The position numbers and the translations under genes are program-made. A stretch of 64,000 bases of DNA from an uncultured bacterium. Lineage in GTDB: Bacteria > Patescibacteriota > Saccharimonadia > Saccharimonadales > 2-12-FULL-41-12. Shown here one piece after another: positions 34,085 through 44,474 of this stretch; position 1 is the first letter of the stretch, and every line of letters begins with the position of its first letter. The stretch spans positions 12,475 through 76,474 of the forward strand of contig CAWIAU010000003.1 in the NCBI GenBank assembly GCA_963834265.1. The letters are read 5' to 3'. The notes under the pieces are model-generated. The model was not told the DNA's origin and ran no database searches. It saw only the letters and a list, made by a program, of their open reading frames with translations.

Positions 34085-34726
34085 TCATGGCTTTAAGTAC
34101 GCATTAAGCGTTAAATCAAATGATACCGCTTTTCGGTCTTTACTGGGAGTAATTGATATTCTTTCAACATGGGCTGTTCGCCGATTACCCTCCAGTGCTG
34201 CCAAAAAGTCCAGAAACTTGCGATATTCCACCGGTTGTTCTTCTACTGAACTCACACTGACTTCCAGTGCGTAGACACCGGGAATACCAGAAACAGCCTT
34301 GGCCTGCGAAGGTATAGTCACGGCTGGTTCTGAAGGTGTAGCAGGAGCTTGTTCACCGGTTATCGGAGTAGGTTTAGGGGCAACAGCTTGTCCGAGGTTC
34401 GAAGCACCGAAAGTAATTGCTTCGAGCCGAATGCCATTTTGTGCAGCTATTGCGGATATCTCTCTGACTGTTTTGGCCTGATCTTTGTCTTGCGGTACGA
34501 TTGTCCGTGCGATCGCATCCAGCTCTGTATATTTTTCGATGTCATTTTTGGCGCGAACAAGTGATTTTTGCTGCTCTTGTACAACCCTGTTTTGAAGCTT
34601 GAGATCATATAGTACACTTGATTTTTCTTTAAGCATCACATTACCTCCGAAAACCGCACCAATTATCAGGGCGGCGCAAAGCACCAGGCCACCAACCATG
34701 ATATAAAAAAATCGTTTTGGTCTCAT
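34085..34726 (-). CDS. pilO: PilO-like pilus assembly protein
   Basis: It has an N-terminal TM helix, a coiled-coil and a C-terminal domain. It is translationally coupled downstream of pilN. Confidence 0.5.
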   Translation of the reverse strand: MRPKRFFYIMVGGLVLCAALIIGAVFGGNVMLKEKSSVLYDLKLQNRVVQEQQKSLVRAKNDIEKYTELDAIARTIVPQDKDQAKTVREISAIAAQNGIRLEAITFGASNLGQAVAPKPTPITGEQAPATPSEPAVTIPSQAKAVSGIPGVYALEVSVSSVEEQPVEYRKFLDFLAALEGNRRTAHVERISITPSKDRKAVSFDLTLNAYLKP

Positions 34727-35337
34727 TGCTTCGAATCCCCGCTGGTATTTGATGGTTTTGTTGTGGGTATGTACACAAAGGGATTATCCTGGAAAAAGAG
34801 TGCGCGTAATTGAATTGTGCATGGGTACTGGAGCTTGGGATCAGGACTACAGTTGATGCTTTCGATATCGGCCTTTTCAAATATTTTATTTTTTGGATCA
34901 GCCAGATTAACCTGCAACTGCGAAGCAGTCTGAAAATCAGTTGCTATGGCTTTGAGCGATAATCCACCCTGAATCTTATCAAGCTGAAAATCCTGCAGAA
35001 CAGTATTTGCGGGTATGGAAGCCCCGAGTTGTCTTAGAAGTTTAGAGAAGAGTATCTCGCGTGAAAGGACCTGAAGTATGAGTTTGGTATTGGTAGATAT
35101 TTCCTCAACTCTTTTTTGAGTAGGACCCGGATTCTGGGCGGCTAGCGCAACTTTTGTACTATCAAGTGCTATCTGATAGTTGTTTACAGAATTTTGTATA
35201 TATAATGCCCCTCCGAATATGACTACCCCTACGCCAACGAAAGATAAGCCGAAAGCGAATAGCCAGCCCCGCAATTTGGTATTACGTCTGGCGTAAAGCA
35301 TGTCTTCTTTGACACCAGGGGGTAATAAGTTGATCAT
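34723..35337 (-). CDS. pilN: PilN-like pilus assembly protein
   Basis: It starts MINLLPP, followed by a TM helix. It overlaps the pilM stop. Confidence 0.6.
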   Translation of the reverse strand: MINLLPPGVKEDMLYARRNTKLRGWLFAFGLSFVGVGVVIFGGALYIQNSVNNYQIALDSTKVALAAQNPGPTQKRVEEISTNTKLILQVLSREILFSKLLRQLGASIPANTVLQDFQLDKIQGGLSLKAIATDFQTASQLQVNLADPKNKIFEKADIESINCSPDPKLQYPCTIQLRALFFQDNPFVYIPTTKPSNTSGDSKQ

Positions 35338-36401
35338 GAAAAAAGCTCCGATGGTTCAATCAGAGAAAGCCCCGAAACAGAAACGTACATTGATTTTTCG
35401 CTGTTTGCCGGTGGCTGTAATTTATGAAGTTGCAGATTTTGCCAGGGATCACACATACGAACAGGTAATCGTAACATGCTTGTCAGATATTCGCTGAGTC
35501 CGGGCATATTTGCTCCACCACCCATGGTGACGATCTGACCAATTTTTTGTTTTGAGTCCGATCGTTCCTCGTGATATCGAATCATACGTCGGATTTCTTT
35601 GGTTAATTGCTCCAGGTTTGGACTCAGGGCTTCGGCTATCTCGGTTTGCTTTTTGCTCTTACTTAATCCGTACTTCGTTTTTATTATGTGGGCTTCGTCA
35701 TGGCCAACACCGAGCTTTTTACCAATAAGCTCAGTAAATATATCACCCCCACACGCGATAGTTCCGGTTACTACAATGGTACTGTCATGCAGAGTCAGGT
35801 CTGCCGATCCCGATCCAAAATCAATCAAAATAGCGGGAATATCATTATTTTCGCCTTGTTTATTAAATAATCGGGCTCCTGCACTAATACTTGTATCGAA
35901 TGCTACAGGTTCTAACCCAAGCACTCTAATGAGTAGCATATATGAATCAATAATCTTTTTGGAGACGCCTACAGCTAATAGTTCTATTCCTTTATCCGTT
36001 TTATTAATAACGTTATAGTCAACATACAATTCATCAATCGGAACCGGAATATACTGTTCGGCTTCCAGAGATACTGCTCCCCGAAGTTCTTCATCGTGAA
36101 TATTCGGAGGCAAATTCATAGTACGTATAAATGTGCGAGTTGCCGGAATAGTTACTGCAACACGCCGTGTTGTAATCTCACCTATAATGCTACTTTTGAA
36201 AAGATCATTAATGGATTTGGCGAGGCTTTCATGATTGATTACCACCCCGTTCTTAATTGCCTTGCTATCAAAGCTACCTACACCGTAGCCGAGTACCTGC
36301 TCATGATTGCCATGACGTTCCATCTGCATGACTTTAATAGAACTAAAGCCGATATCCAGTCCAAGTATTGGTTTGTCTTTATAAAAATAAGTTGAATTCA
36401 T
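35334..36401 (-). CDS. pilM: Type IV pilus assembly ATPase-fold protein PilM
   Basis: It has actin-like fold motifs (LGLDIGFSSIKV; IDFGSGSADL; GGGANMPGL). Confidence 0.8.
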   Translation of the reverse strand: MNSTYFYKDKPILGLDIGFSSIKVMQMERHGNHEQVLGYGVGSFDSKAIKNGVVINHESLAKSINDLFKSSIIGEITTRRVAVTIPATRTFIRTMNLPPNIHDEELRGAVSLEAEQYIPVPIDELYVDYNVINKTDKGIELLAVGVSKKIIDSYMLLIRVLGLEPVAFDTSISAGARLFNKQGENNDIPAILIDFGSGSADLTLHDSTIVVTGTIACGGDIFTELIGKKLGVGHDEAHIIKTKYGLSKSKKQTEIAEALSPNLEQLTKEIRRMIRYHEERSDSKQKIGQIVTMGGGANMPGLSEYLTSMLRLPVRMCDPWQNLQLHKLQPPANSEKSMYVSVSGLSLIEPSELFS

Positions 36402-36483
36402 GCCACCCTGCGACGCGACTATCTGTGTATTTTTTAGTACTTAATCTACACTTGTCTATTTTAAGCTTTATCGTTATAAAATA

Positions 36484-37881
36484 CTACTCAAAAACACGCT
36501 TGTAGCCATCAATTATCCAGGTAAGTTCGATCGTGCCGGTAACATTGGCACCAAATGTTACCGCCAGACTGTTCTTAAGATCAACCGTTTGAGCGGCAAG
36601 CGCACCTATACTCCCGCTATTGCCGGCCGTTAACTTAGACCAGCGCGCATAGTACTCGGTATTTGGTCCGCTGGCACTCTGATCCAGATCTATAGTTATA
36701 AGGTTGCGGCTGTTGTAAAGGGCGGTTCCTGTTACATCGGCACAGTCAGGCGAGCATCCTGCAGCACTAGCGTATGTTATCACGCGAAAACCTATGGAGT
36801 CGGAATTTGATTTCATCTCTGAGGAATTGCGCATATTTACCCCGCTTGCACCATCTATCATGACTACGGGAGGTGCGGTTAAGCCGTTCTTTACAATAAG
36901 CTTTGATGAAGAGTTTCGCATGATCAGGTTACCAGTGATCCATATATTGCCCTCTACTGTAACCTGGCAACTATTTGATATGGTTACATTGCCGGCTATT
37001 TTTAAATTGGCCGGCCAGATAACATTACCTGAATTACAAGACCAGTTTGTGTTATAAGGTGCAACGGGGGGTATTGCGGCAGTTTTTTGAGCATCACGGT
37101 CATAAGTAGGCAACGGAATCGTTGCAGCTGAACCACCTGTAACCAGACCCGTATCAGTCATTCCGGAGCCATTTGTTTGATTTGTCGCTCTGACTTCTCC
37201 ATATATATGAGCCGATGTATTGAGCGTAATTGGCTGTCCGTTTTCACCAGAAGCACAAACCCGCGGGTATTCGGCGTTGAATAATGGATTTGCCGGCAAC
37301 GGACAAGATTGATGGGCTACTTTGACATCTACAGGTTCTATTGACAGGCCGATCTGGGCCGTATTACTCATAGTGAGGTCTCCGTTGATATAAACATTTC
37401 CGCTTACAATTTTGGCACTGTTGCTCATGACCAAACCTCCTACTCCGCTAACAATACTGAATCCTCCGGATTCAACGCCCCTGATGTTAACGCTAACACG
37501 GACGGTGTTTTCGGGTGTAGTCAGATTTGATGATTTATAGTACCTTCCTTCAGAAACCAGAGTCTTATTCCGGGAGTCAATATCGGTGACCGTAATTACA
37601 AATGCTGATTTTCCCCGACCGTCATTTGGATGCACTTCGACTTCAGAAACACCAGTACCCATCCAGGTAATATCCTGATTAATTTTTTCCATTGCGTAAT
37701 CAACACCGGCATCAGTGGCAAACTGCGCATTTGTCCGGGATAAATCTTTATAAGCAATTTTGTAACCAACTGTAGTCAGATTCAAATACGATGTAGTTAT
37801 AAGTAAAAAGAACGGCATCATAATCAGAATTGCCACCAAAACCGATCCACTTTGCTGATTTTTCAAAAAGTTGCGCATCAA
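36484..37881 (-). CDS. Large pilus-associated protein with PilX-like N-terminus (candidate tip/adhesin)
   Basis: It has an N-terminal hydrophobic PilX_N-like segment (GSVLVAILIMMPFFLL). The body carries repeated GN[VI]x[IV]xG[DN]L-type motifs (GNVYINGDL, GNVTISNSC, GNIWITGNL). Confidence 0.45.
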   Translation of the reverse strand: MMRNFLKNQQSGSVLVAILIMMPFFLLITTSYLNLTTVGYKIAYKDLSRTNAQFATDAGVDYAMEKINQDITWMGTGVSEVEVHPNDGRGKSAFVITVTDIDSRNKTLVSEGRYYKSSNLTTPENTVRVSVNIRGVESGGFSIVSGVGGLVMSNSAKIVSGNVYINGDLTMSNTAQIGLSIEPVDVKVAHQSCPLPANPLFNAEYPRVCASGENGQPITLNTSAHIYGEVRATNQTNGSGMTDTGLVTGGSAATIPLPTYDRDAQKTAAIPPVAPYNTNWSCNSGNVIWPANLKIAGNVTISNSCQVTVEGNIWITGNLIMRNSSSKLIVKNGLTAPPVVMIDGASGVNMRNSSEMKSNSDSIGFRVITYASAAGCSPDCADVTGTALYNSRNLITIDLDQSASGPNTEYYARWSKLTAGNSGSIGALAAQTVDLKNSLAVTFGANVTGTIELTWIIDGYKRVFE

Positions 37882-38552
37882 AAAGTATTCCTCAAAGTAG
37901 TTCTGATGCTGTTTTCAAAGATGAGGGGCGAGCCAAAGGTGTCCTCTTCCAATATCAAATCAATCTTTACGGAGCGTGCCAGGAGAGGATTAGTAGTTGA
38001 GCCATTATCCTGATCGTAAAGGCTAAAAACTATAGACTGCAGACTTTCAGCTAATTTGGCATCTGCAGGACAGCTGGCGCTGGCAGATACAGGAGGACAA
38101 GAGGTTTTTAGCTGATTACCAATAGCCCCTGGGTCTGCCAGAGTTCTTTTATAGAGGAATGAGCCTTGCTTATAGTATACATATTCATTCAGGTAAGGTT
38201 CACCGGTGTCTGAATCTATAATATAATTCTTAGCAGAGTCAAGTGCAGGAATAGTTGTAATGATGACAAAATTAGCATTTCCCGTATTCCATCCACCTGC
38301 ATTATTAGGATCGCTGATTGCGTTGGTTTGGCGGACACCTGCTCCGTAGCGTAGTTCCTCGACAAATGCCCTCAGCAGGTTTTGAGATTGGTTTGTCATC
38401 TCAATAGAATGATTTGTGCGACTTATAGTAACTATAAAACTGGAAAAGATTGCCAAGAAACCTATAGCCAAAAGCGCCATCATGCTCATTGTTATATTGA
38501 GCTCAACCAGAGTGAAACCTGCTTCCTGCTTTGAATTATTGGCCGACACCAA
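37878..38552 (-). CDS. Minor (pseudo)pilin, prepilin-type N-terminus
   Basis: It has a G/FTLVEL cleavage-methylation motif followed by a hydrophobic helix. Confidence 0.65.
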   Translation of the reverse strand: MVSANNSKQEAGFTLVELNITMSMMALLAIGFLAIFSSFIVTISRTNHSIEMTNQSQNLLRAFVEELRYGAGVRQTNAISDPNNAGGWNTGNANFVIITTIPALDSAKNYIIDSDTGEPYLNEYVYYKQGSFLYKRTLADPGAIGNQLKTSCPPVSASASCPADAKLAESLQSIVFSLYDQDNGSTTNPLLARSVKIDLILEEDTFGSPLIFENSIRTTLRNTF

Positions 38553-38934
38553 GTTCTCCTATATATGTCGAATAGCTATGAGTTCGTGGCTTGCCCAAGT
38601 CGTTGTAAGTAACAGAAATTTCAATTTTCTTTACAGAAGTCGAAGCCGTACTTATGACGAGCGAAGCGCTACGGGGAACTAATAACTCTGCAGGTAATTC
38701 CTCGGTGATGCTGGTTGTTCCGTTAGACAGGCTTAAATATCCGGCACTTCTGAGCGCCTCAACTTTATTTTCGGCATAAGAATTAACTACAGCCAGATCG
38801 CGGGTACGATGGGCAATATGATTATTTGTAATGATCAGGTTATTAACGGCCAACATAAACACACTCCCGATGGCTATTGCTACCAAAAGCTCTACAAGCG
38901 TAAAACCACTTTCCTGAGATTTTTTAATGCTCAT
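38536..38934 (-). CDS. Minor pilin, prepilin-type N-terminus
   Basis: It has the SGFTLVELLVAIAIG motif. Confidence 0.7.
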   Translation of the reverse strand: MSIKKSQESGFTLVELLVAIAIGSVFMLAVNNLIITNNHIAHRTRDLAVVNSYAENKVEALRSAGYLSLSNGTTSITEELPAELLVPRSASLVISTASTSVKKIEISVTYNDLGKPRTHSYSTYIGELGVGQ

Positions 38935-38995
38935 CCTTAGTATTAAGTATAACTAACTTTGCATATTTTATCTCATATAATAAGCGATATAAATT

Positions 38996-39026
38996 CAGAA
39001 ACCCCGGTAAAGTACCGGGGTTTCTG
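38996..39026 (-). terminator. Hairpin downstream of pilA (attenuating terminator)
   Basis: CAGAAACCCCGG-TAAAGTA-CCGGGGTTTCTG lies 22 nt after the pilA stop. The trailing U-tract is weak. Confidence 0.45.
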
Positions 39027-39047
39027 ATGAGCACCCAAAACGAATGA

Positions 39048-39512
39048 TTAGTTATTGGCGCCGTTCTTGACGAATGGTGCGCCTTGCTCAAGTGTGCCAG
39101 TTAGTATATAGCCGGTACACTCGTTGCCTACGGAGTTATCGCAGGCACCAGGGATAGTAACGTATCCATAGCTGGAGGTTGTGCCGGCGCCCGATACCAA
39201 AGCAGCCGTACCGCCAGGTGCCGTGATAAGAGCATCCTTGAGGTCTTTCATGTTATCGAATCTCCAGTCACCTACTGCGGCGTTCGCTGAGTTTAGATTA
39301 CTAAGCGTAGGGTACTGGCCCTTATCAGCGAAGTAGACCTCTAGTAACCCGCTGATTGCATTAACGTCAGACTTACGGTCAGAATCCCGAGCTTTTTTCT
39401 GAACACCGGTAAATGTCACAATTACTATTGCTGCCAGTATACCAATGACTACGATGACGATCAGGAGCTCTACGATTGTGAAACCTTTTTGCTTATTTTT
39501 AAGTGAGATCAT
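39048..39512 (-). CDS. pilA: Major type IV pilin
   Basis: It has KGFTIVELLIVIVVIGILAAI and the typical N-terminal helix. It has its own downstream hairpin and follows pilC. Confidence 0.8.
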   Translation of the reverse strand: MISLKNKQKGFTIVELLIVIVVIGILAAIVIVTFTGVQKKARDSDRKSDVNAISGLLEVYFADKGQYPTLSNLNSANAAVGDWRFDNMKDLKDALITAPGGTAALVSGAGTTSSYGYVTIPGACDNSVGNECTGYILTGTLEQGAPFVKNGANN

Positions 39513-39643
39513 GAGGACCCACCCTCCTTCTTTTAATTATTTTAATCATATGATCTCAACCCTTAATGTATAGGTTTGAGTATCTGAGAATGATTATTAA
39601 GCATTAGCGTGCTCCGGTCAATAGTTTTTTTATCAGAAAGCTA

Positions 39644-40864
39644 TTAACCGTCGGTTCCGACGTTCTGGCTCAGGCTGGAAATTGGCCCCATCACACTGGC
39701 GGCAATTGCTCCTACCATGGCGCCAAGCACAATAATCATCATAGGTTCTATCAACGAGCTCAACCCATCGATTACCGCATCTACCTCTTCTTCGTAAAAG
39801 TCAGCGACTTTAATAAGTATAGTGTCGACCTGGCCGGTTTCCTCACCAACAGCAAGCATCTGGGCAACAATTGGCGGGAAGTGCGGGCTGGCACTAAGCG
39901 GTTCCGATAGTGGCTTGCCGTTTTTAACGGCCCGGGCAGCATCTTTCAACTCCTTTTCGATAACTTTATTACCGATAGCTCCACCAGTTACTTCCAGGGC
40001 ATCTAATACTCCCACGCCAGCTGACATCAGTGAGGCAAAAGTGCGTGCGAAGCGGGCAACAGCGATTTTGATAATAAGGGTTTTGAGAACAGGGATCCGC
40101 AGAAGCACAGCGTGAAACCGGTATTTACCGGCAGGTGTTTTGATATAGCGCCTGAAAAAGTAGACTCCCGCAAAACCTATTATCAGCAAAAAGATGATAT
40201 TGCTGCGAATAAAGTCGCTGAAGCCCAGCATAATTTCGGTATAAACGGGTAATTTGGCATTGGGGCCGCCAAGATCTTTGATAATAGCGCCAAGTTTGGG
40301 GATAACAAAAATCATAATTCCGAAGAAAGCTATAACCGTGATCCCCATAATAACCGTCGGATATGCCATAGCACTTTTAATCTTTTTGCGTATGCTGGCG
40401 TCTTTTTCTACCTGAGCTGCAAGGCGCTTGAGAATTTCATCGAGAATACCTCCGGCTTCGCCGGCTTTAACCATGTTGACGTAAACCTCGCTGAAAACTT
40501 TGGGGTGTTTGGCGAATGTTTCACCCAGTGCCTGTCCGCCCTCAATATCTTTAGCAATAGAAGCTATAACCGTTTTGAAGTACTTATTATTTGCCTGAGA
40601 CTGGAGTGTGGCAAGTGATCTGTTCAGAGGAACTCCGGCTGATATCATAGTGGATAATTGCCGCGTAAAAACAACCAGATCCTTTGACTTAACTTTGCCA
40701 CGCTTGTTCCCGCCTAACAGAGCGGCATGCGAGCCTTCTTTAATAACCAGTGGCCTGATTCCCTGATGAGTCAGTGTTGCCATTGCTACTGATTTATCTG
40801 AAGACTCAATTGAACCGGTGAGAGTCTTTCCTTCCTTTAATGCTGTGTATTCAAATTTTGGCAT
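39644..40864 (-). CDS. pilC: Type IV pilus platform protein PilC
   Basis: 406 aa with duplicated T2SF domains (GVPLNRSL; GVGVLDAL) and 3 TM segments. Confidence 0.9.
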   Translation of the reverse strand: MPKFEYTALKEGKTLTGSIESSDKSVAMATLTHQGIRPLVIKEGSHAALLGGNKRGKVKSKDLVVFTRQLSTMISAGVPLNRSLATLQSQANNKYFKTVIASIAKDIEGGQALGETFAKHPKVFSEVYVNMVKAGEAGGILDEILKRLAAQVEKDASIRKKIKSAMAYPTVIMGITVIAFFGIMIFVIPKLGAIIKDLGGPNAKLPVYTEIMLGFSDFIRSNIIFLLIIGFAGVYFFRRYIKTPAGKYRFHAVLLRIPVLKTLIIKIAVARFARTFASLMSAGVGVLDALEVTGGAIGNKVIEKELKDAARAVKNGKPLSEPLSASPHFPPIVAQMLAVGEETGQVDTILIKVADFYEEEVDAVIDGLSSLIEPMMIIVLGAMVGAIAASVMGPISSLSQNVGTDG

Positions 40865-40873
40865 ATTTGTACA

Positions 40874-42700
40874 TTATCTTTCTGAGGTTACGCGCAGAAT
40901 TTCTTCGATGGATGTTTGTCCCCGAAGCGCCTTAATAAATCCGTCCAGCTGCATGGTAGGCATGCCATCTGCTACTGCCTGGTCCTGAATCTGGTCGCTG
41001 GTACCATTGGCAACAATCAGATTCTGAATTTTCTCTGAACTGGATAGTACCTCATAGACTCCCATCCGGCCCTTGTATCCAACGTGCCCGCAAGTCTCGC
41101 AGCCGCCATCATGAGCTTTCCATAATCGCTCTATCTTTGTAGGAGAACTTGATAACTGAGAGGCGGCGGTTGGTTTTTCAGTATTACTCTTTCCTATTCC
41201 ACTTTCAAGAGCTTGTTTTTCAAGCTCGTGGATGTACTTCATGTATGCAGCGTCTTTGATGTGGAACGTATCGGTAACTTGCTTCAGAATGACAGCATCG
41301 GGCTCGTAGCTTTCCCGACAGTCAACACAAAGACGACGAACAAGTCTCTGACCGATGACTGCCCGTACTGTACTGGCTATCAAAAATGGCTCTATGCCCA
41401 TATCAAGCAGACGGGGGAGGCAGGTAGCAGCATTGTTGGTGTGAAGCGTTGCGAACACCAGATGGCCTGTCAGGGCTGCCTGAACGCCCAGATTGGCTGT
41501 TTCGGTATCACGGATTTCCCCGACCATAATTATATTCGGATCCTGACGAAGCAGAGCCCGCAGGCCGGCAGCGAATGTCATACCGGCTTTGACATTGACC
41601 TGCGTCTGGTTCGCTCCCTGGATTTTGTATTCTACCGGATCTTCGATGGTAGAAATATTTACTGTCGGACGATTAAGCAGACTGAGCGTGCTGAACAGAC
41701 TGGTTGACTTACCCGAACCGGTCGGCCCGGTAACGAGAATCATACCATGGGGCTGAATCATTGCTTCGTTAACAACTTTGAGCGAGTATCCCCAGTAGCC
41801 AAGGTCTTCCAGAGTTATGGCCTGACCGGATTCATTTAGTATACGCATAACGACTTTTTCACCTTCACTTATCGGCAAAGTTGATACACGCAATGCGAAT
41901 ACACCACTTCCAACCTGAATCTTGAAGCGACCATCCTGAGGTACCCGGCGTTCATCAATTTTCAGATTGCTCAGGATTTTTATACGGCTGACCAGTGCAC
42001 CATGGACTTTTTTGGGTAATTTATTGGCTTCCCGAAGGACCCCATCCACACGATATCTGACACTAACGTAACCGTCGCGCGGTTCGATATGTATATCGCT
42101 GGCTCCGGCTTTGATAGCATATTCAATGATCAGATTTACGGTCTGTGCAATAGGAGAGTCTTCGGCCAGATCTTCTTCGTCAACGGAGATATCTTCTTCA
42201 GTTTCTGTTTCTTCAGGACTCAGTACCTTAGTCAGTTCAGTACTGGCGCTGCCACGGTATTGGTCGAGGGCTGCGACTATATTTGAGCTGCAGGCAACAT
42301 GTACCTTAATTCCCGAGCCCAACTCTTTCTGCAAAAAGTTAATAGCCTGAATATCATCAGGATCTTCCATAGCCAGCAGCTTTGAGCCATCTTCTTCGAT
42401 ACCGAACAGAACCACCCGGTATTGTCTGGCAATCCTTTCGGGGATGAGCTTCAGTACCTCGCGGGGTACTTCTTTGGAATTAAGTTCAATGAACGGGACT
42501 TCAATCTCTTTGGCGTAGAGTTTCGTCAGCTCCTTTTCATTTAGCAGGCCGTTCCTGATCACTAAGTCCTGAAGTGGTTTTTTCTCAGTTTTTTCCTGCG
42601 CACGGAGAGCCAGCACCTGTTCATCAGTGACTTTGTTGGCTTTACGCAGCAGGTTTTCTACCAGAGAATCAGAAATTCGCATATCTATAGGATTATACAA
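40874..42700 (-). CDS. pilB: Type IV pilus extension ATPase PilB (GspE family)
   Basis: It has Walker A GPTGSGKST, Asp/His boxes, a tetracysteine motif (C..C...C..C) and N-terminal MshEN-like repeats. Confidence 0.9.
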   Translation of the reverse strand: MYNPIDMRISDSLVENLLRKANKVTDEQVLALRAQEKTEKKPLQDLVIRNGLLNEKELTKLYAKEIEVPFIELNSKEVPREVLKLIPERIARQYRVVLFGIEEDGSKLLAMEDPDDIQAINFLQKELGSGIKVHVACSSNIVAALDQYRGSASTELTKVLSPEETETEEDISVDEEDLAEDSPIAQTVNLIIEYAIKAGASDIHIEPRDGYVSVRYRVDGVLREANKLPKKVHGALVSRIKILSNLKIDERRVPQDGRFKIQVGSGVFALRVSTLPISEGEKVVMRILNESGQAITLEDLGYWGYSLKVVNEAMIQPHGMILVTGPTGSGKSTSLFSTLSLLNRPTVNISTIEDPVEYKIQGANQTQVNVKAGMTFAAGLRALLRQDPNIIMVGEIRDTETANLGVQAALTGHLVFATLHTNNAATCLPRLLDMGIEPFLIASTVRAVIGQRLVRRLCVDCRESYEPDAVILKQVTDTFHIKDAAYMKYIHELEKQALESGIGKSNTEKPTAASQLSSSPTKIERLWKAHDGGCETCGHVGYKGRMGVYEVLSSSEKIQNLIVANGTSDQIQDQAVADGMPTMQLDGFIKALRGQTSIEEILRVTSER

Positions 42701-42822
42701 GATAAAAGCTTAAGGTTTTATCTTTTTAAGTTCCCGGAGTCTACGAAATGTACGTTTTTTCATTCTGGTATACTATTCTTCAGTGGGAATGATGTAAATA
42801 TACTTCCGGAAAGAGGAATACT

Positions 42823-43872
42823 ATGACAGCCAAATCAGATAAATCAGACAAGAATGATAAAGCAGAAAAAGCTACCGACAGTCAGAAAGACGGCAAGTCC
42901 AAAGCTCTCGGTCTTGCCTTGGAAACCATAGAAAAACAATTCGGTAAAGGTTCGATCATGAAGCTTGGCGATGCGCACAAGACAGCGGTGGAGTGCGTGC
43001 CAACCGGAAGTCTGAGTTTGGACATCGCCCTCGGAGGCGGTATACCAAAGGGTAGAATTATTGAGATTTACGGTCCGGAGAGTTCGGGCAAAACCACGCT
43101 GACACTGCACGCTATTGCCGAGATGCAAAAAACCGGTGGTACAGCAGCCTTTATTGATGCGGAGCATGCCCTTGATCCTGCCTATGCCAAACGGTTGGGC
43201 GTAGATACCGAAAACTTACTTATTTCCCAGCCCGACAACGGCGAACAGGCACTGGAGATTGCCGAAACACTGGTACGAAGTAACGCGGTGGATCTGGTGG
43301 TAATTGACTCAGTTGCGGCACTTGTACCGCGCGCGGAGATAGAAGGTGATATGGGCGACAGTCACATGGGTTTGCAGGCACGTCTGATGAGTCAGGCATT
43401 ACGCAAACTTACCGGTGTTATCAGTCGGTCTAATACGACCGTTATATTTATCAATCAGATACGTATGAAAATCGGAGTTATGTTCGGTAATCCCGAGACA
43501 ACAACCGGCGGAAATGCTCTGAAGTTCTATGCCAGTGTGAGAATGGACATTCGCAGGATTTCGCAGATCAAAGTTGGCGACGAGATCGTAGGTAATCGCA
43601 CTCGTGTCAAAGTCGTCAAAAACAAGATCGCGCCACCGTTTCGCCAGGCCGAATTCGATATCATGTACAACAAAGGCATCAGTAAATCCGGCGACATCCT
43701 GGATCTGGCAGTAGAAAAGGGTATTGTCGAAAAATCCGGCGCCTGGTTCGCCTATAAAGATGCCAAAATTTCTCAGGGCCGCGAAGCCGGCAAGGAATAT
43801 CTGGAAGCCAACACGAAAGTAATGGAAGAAATAGCCAAAAAAGTCACCGAAGCCGTCAACAAGGAAGCCTGA
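42823..43872 (+). CDS. recA: Recombinase RecA
   Basis: It has [18 protein letters not shown] and the L1/L2 loops. The match is full-length. Confidence 0.97.
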   Translation: MTAKSDKSDKNDKAEKATDSQKDGKSKALGLALETIEKQFGKGSIMKLGDAHKTAVECVPTGSLSLDIALGGGIPKGRIIEIYGPESSGKTTLTLHAIAEMQKTGGTAAFIDAEHALDPAYAKRLGVDTENLLISQPDNGEQALEIAETLVRSNAVDLVVIDSVAALVPRAEIEGDMGDSHMGLQARLMSQALRKLTGVISRSNTTVIFINQIRMKIGVMFGNPETTTGGNALKFYASVRMDIRRISQIKVGDEIVGNRTRVKVVKNKIAPPFRQAEFDIMYNKGISKSGDILDLAVEKGIVEKSGAWFAYKDAKISQGREAGKEYLEANTKVMEEIAKKVTEAVNKEA

Positions 43873-44012
43873 GAATTGAGAAAAACCGGCATTATTGGCG
43901 CAGGTATAATGCCGGCCGGGATGGCACAAAGTGATTTCGATAAGGCGATAAAAGCTGGTCTTGCTGATCGTGACCGGACTGCCATTATTGAACTATACCA
44001 AAATCGCACAGT

Positions 44013-44474
44013 ATGACAGCTACCACTCATCTTCTCACTGGCACCGCCATTGGTTTGTTGATCAAAGAACCGTTTGTTGCACTGCCTTTAGCTTTGGCCT
44101 CGCATTATATTTGCGATACATTGCCTCATTTTGGTTTAAACACCTGGGAAAAACGACAGCAAAATCTAAAAATATTTAAAGTGGTCACCATTATAGATGT
44201 TATATTTTTTTTGAGTTTACTTATATTTCTATTTTCTATTCAGATAAACTGGTTTGTAATTGCTTGCGGCATTGCTGCTTATCTACCGGATTCAGCTTGG
44301 CTATACAGATTTGTAATAGTGGAAAATATGGGTACCAAGCCGTTTCCACCCATGAACAGGCTCAATCAGTTTCATGTAGATATTCAGAAATATGAATCAG
44401 TTTGGCCGGGAAGTTTGGTGGAATTCATATTTCTGGCTTTAAGTTCACTGATTATAGCGAGCACGGTAATATGA
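44013..44474 (+). CDS. YdjM/DUF457-like membrane protein
   Basis: The THLLTG...H motifs and 4 TM helices resemble membrane-bound metal-dependent hydrolases. It lies between recA and recX. Confidence 0.4.
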   Translation: MTATTHLLTGTAIGLLIKEPFVALPLALASHYICDTLPHFGLNTWEKRQQNLKIFKVVTIIDVIFFLSLLIFLFSIQINWFVIACGIAAYLPDSAWLYRFVIVENMGTKPFPPMNRLNQFHVDIQKYESVWPGSLVEFIFLALSSLIIASTVI

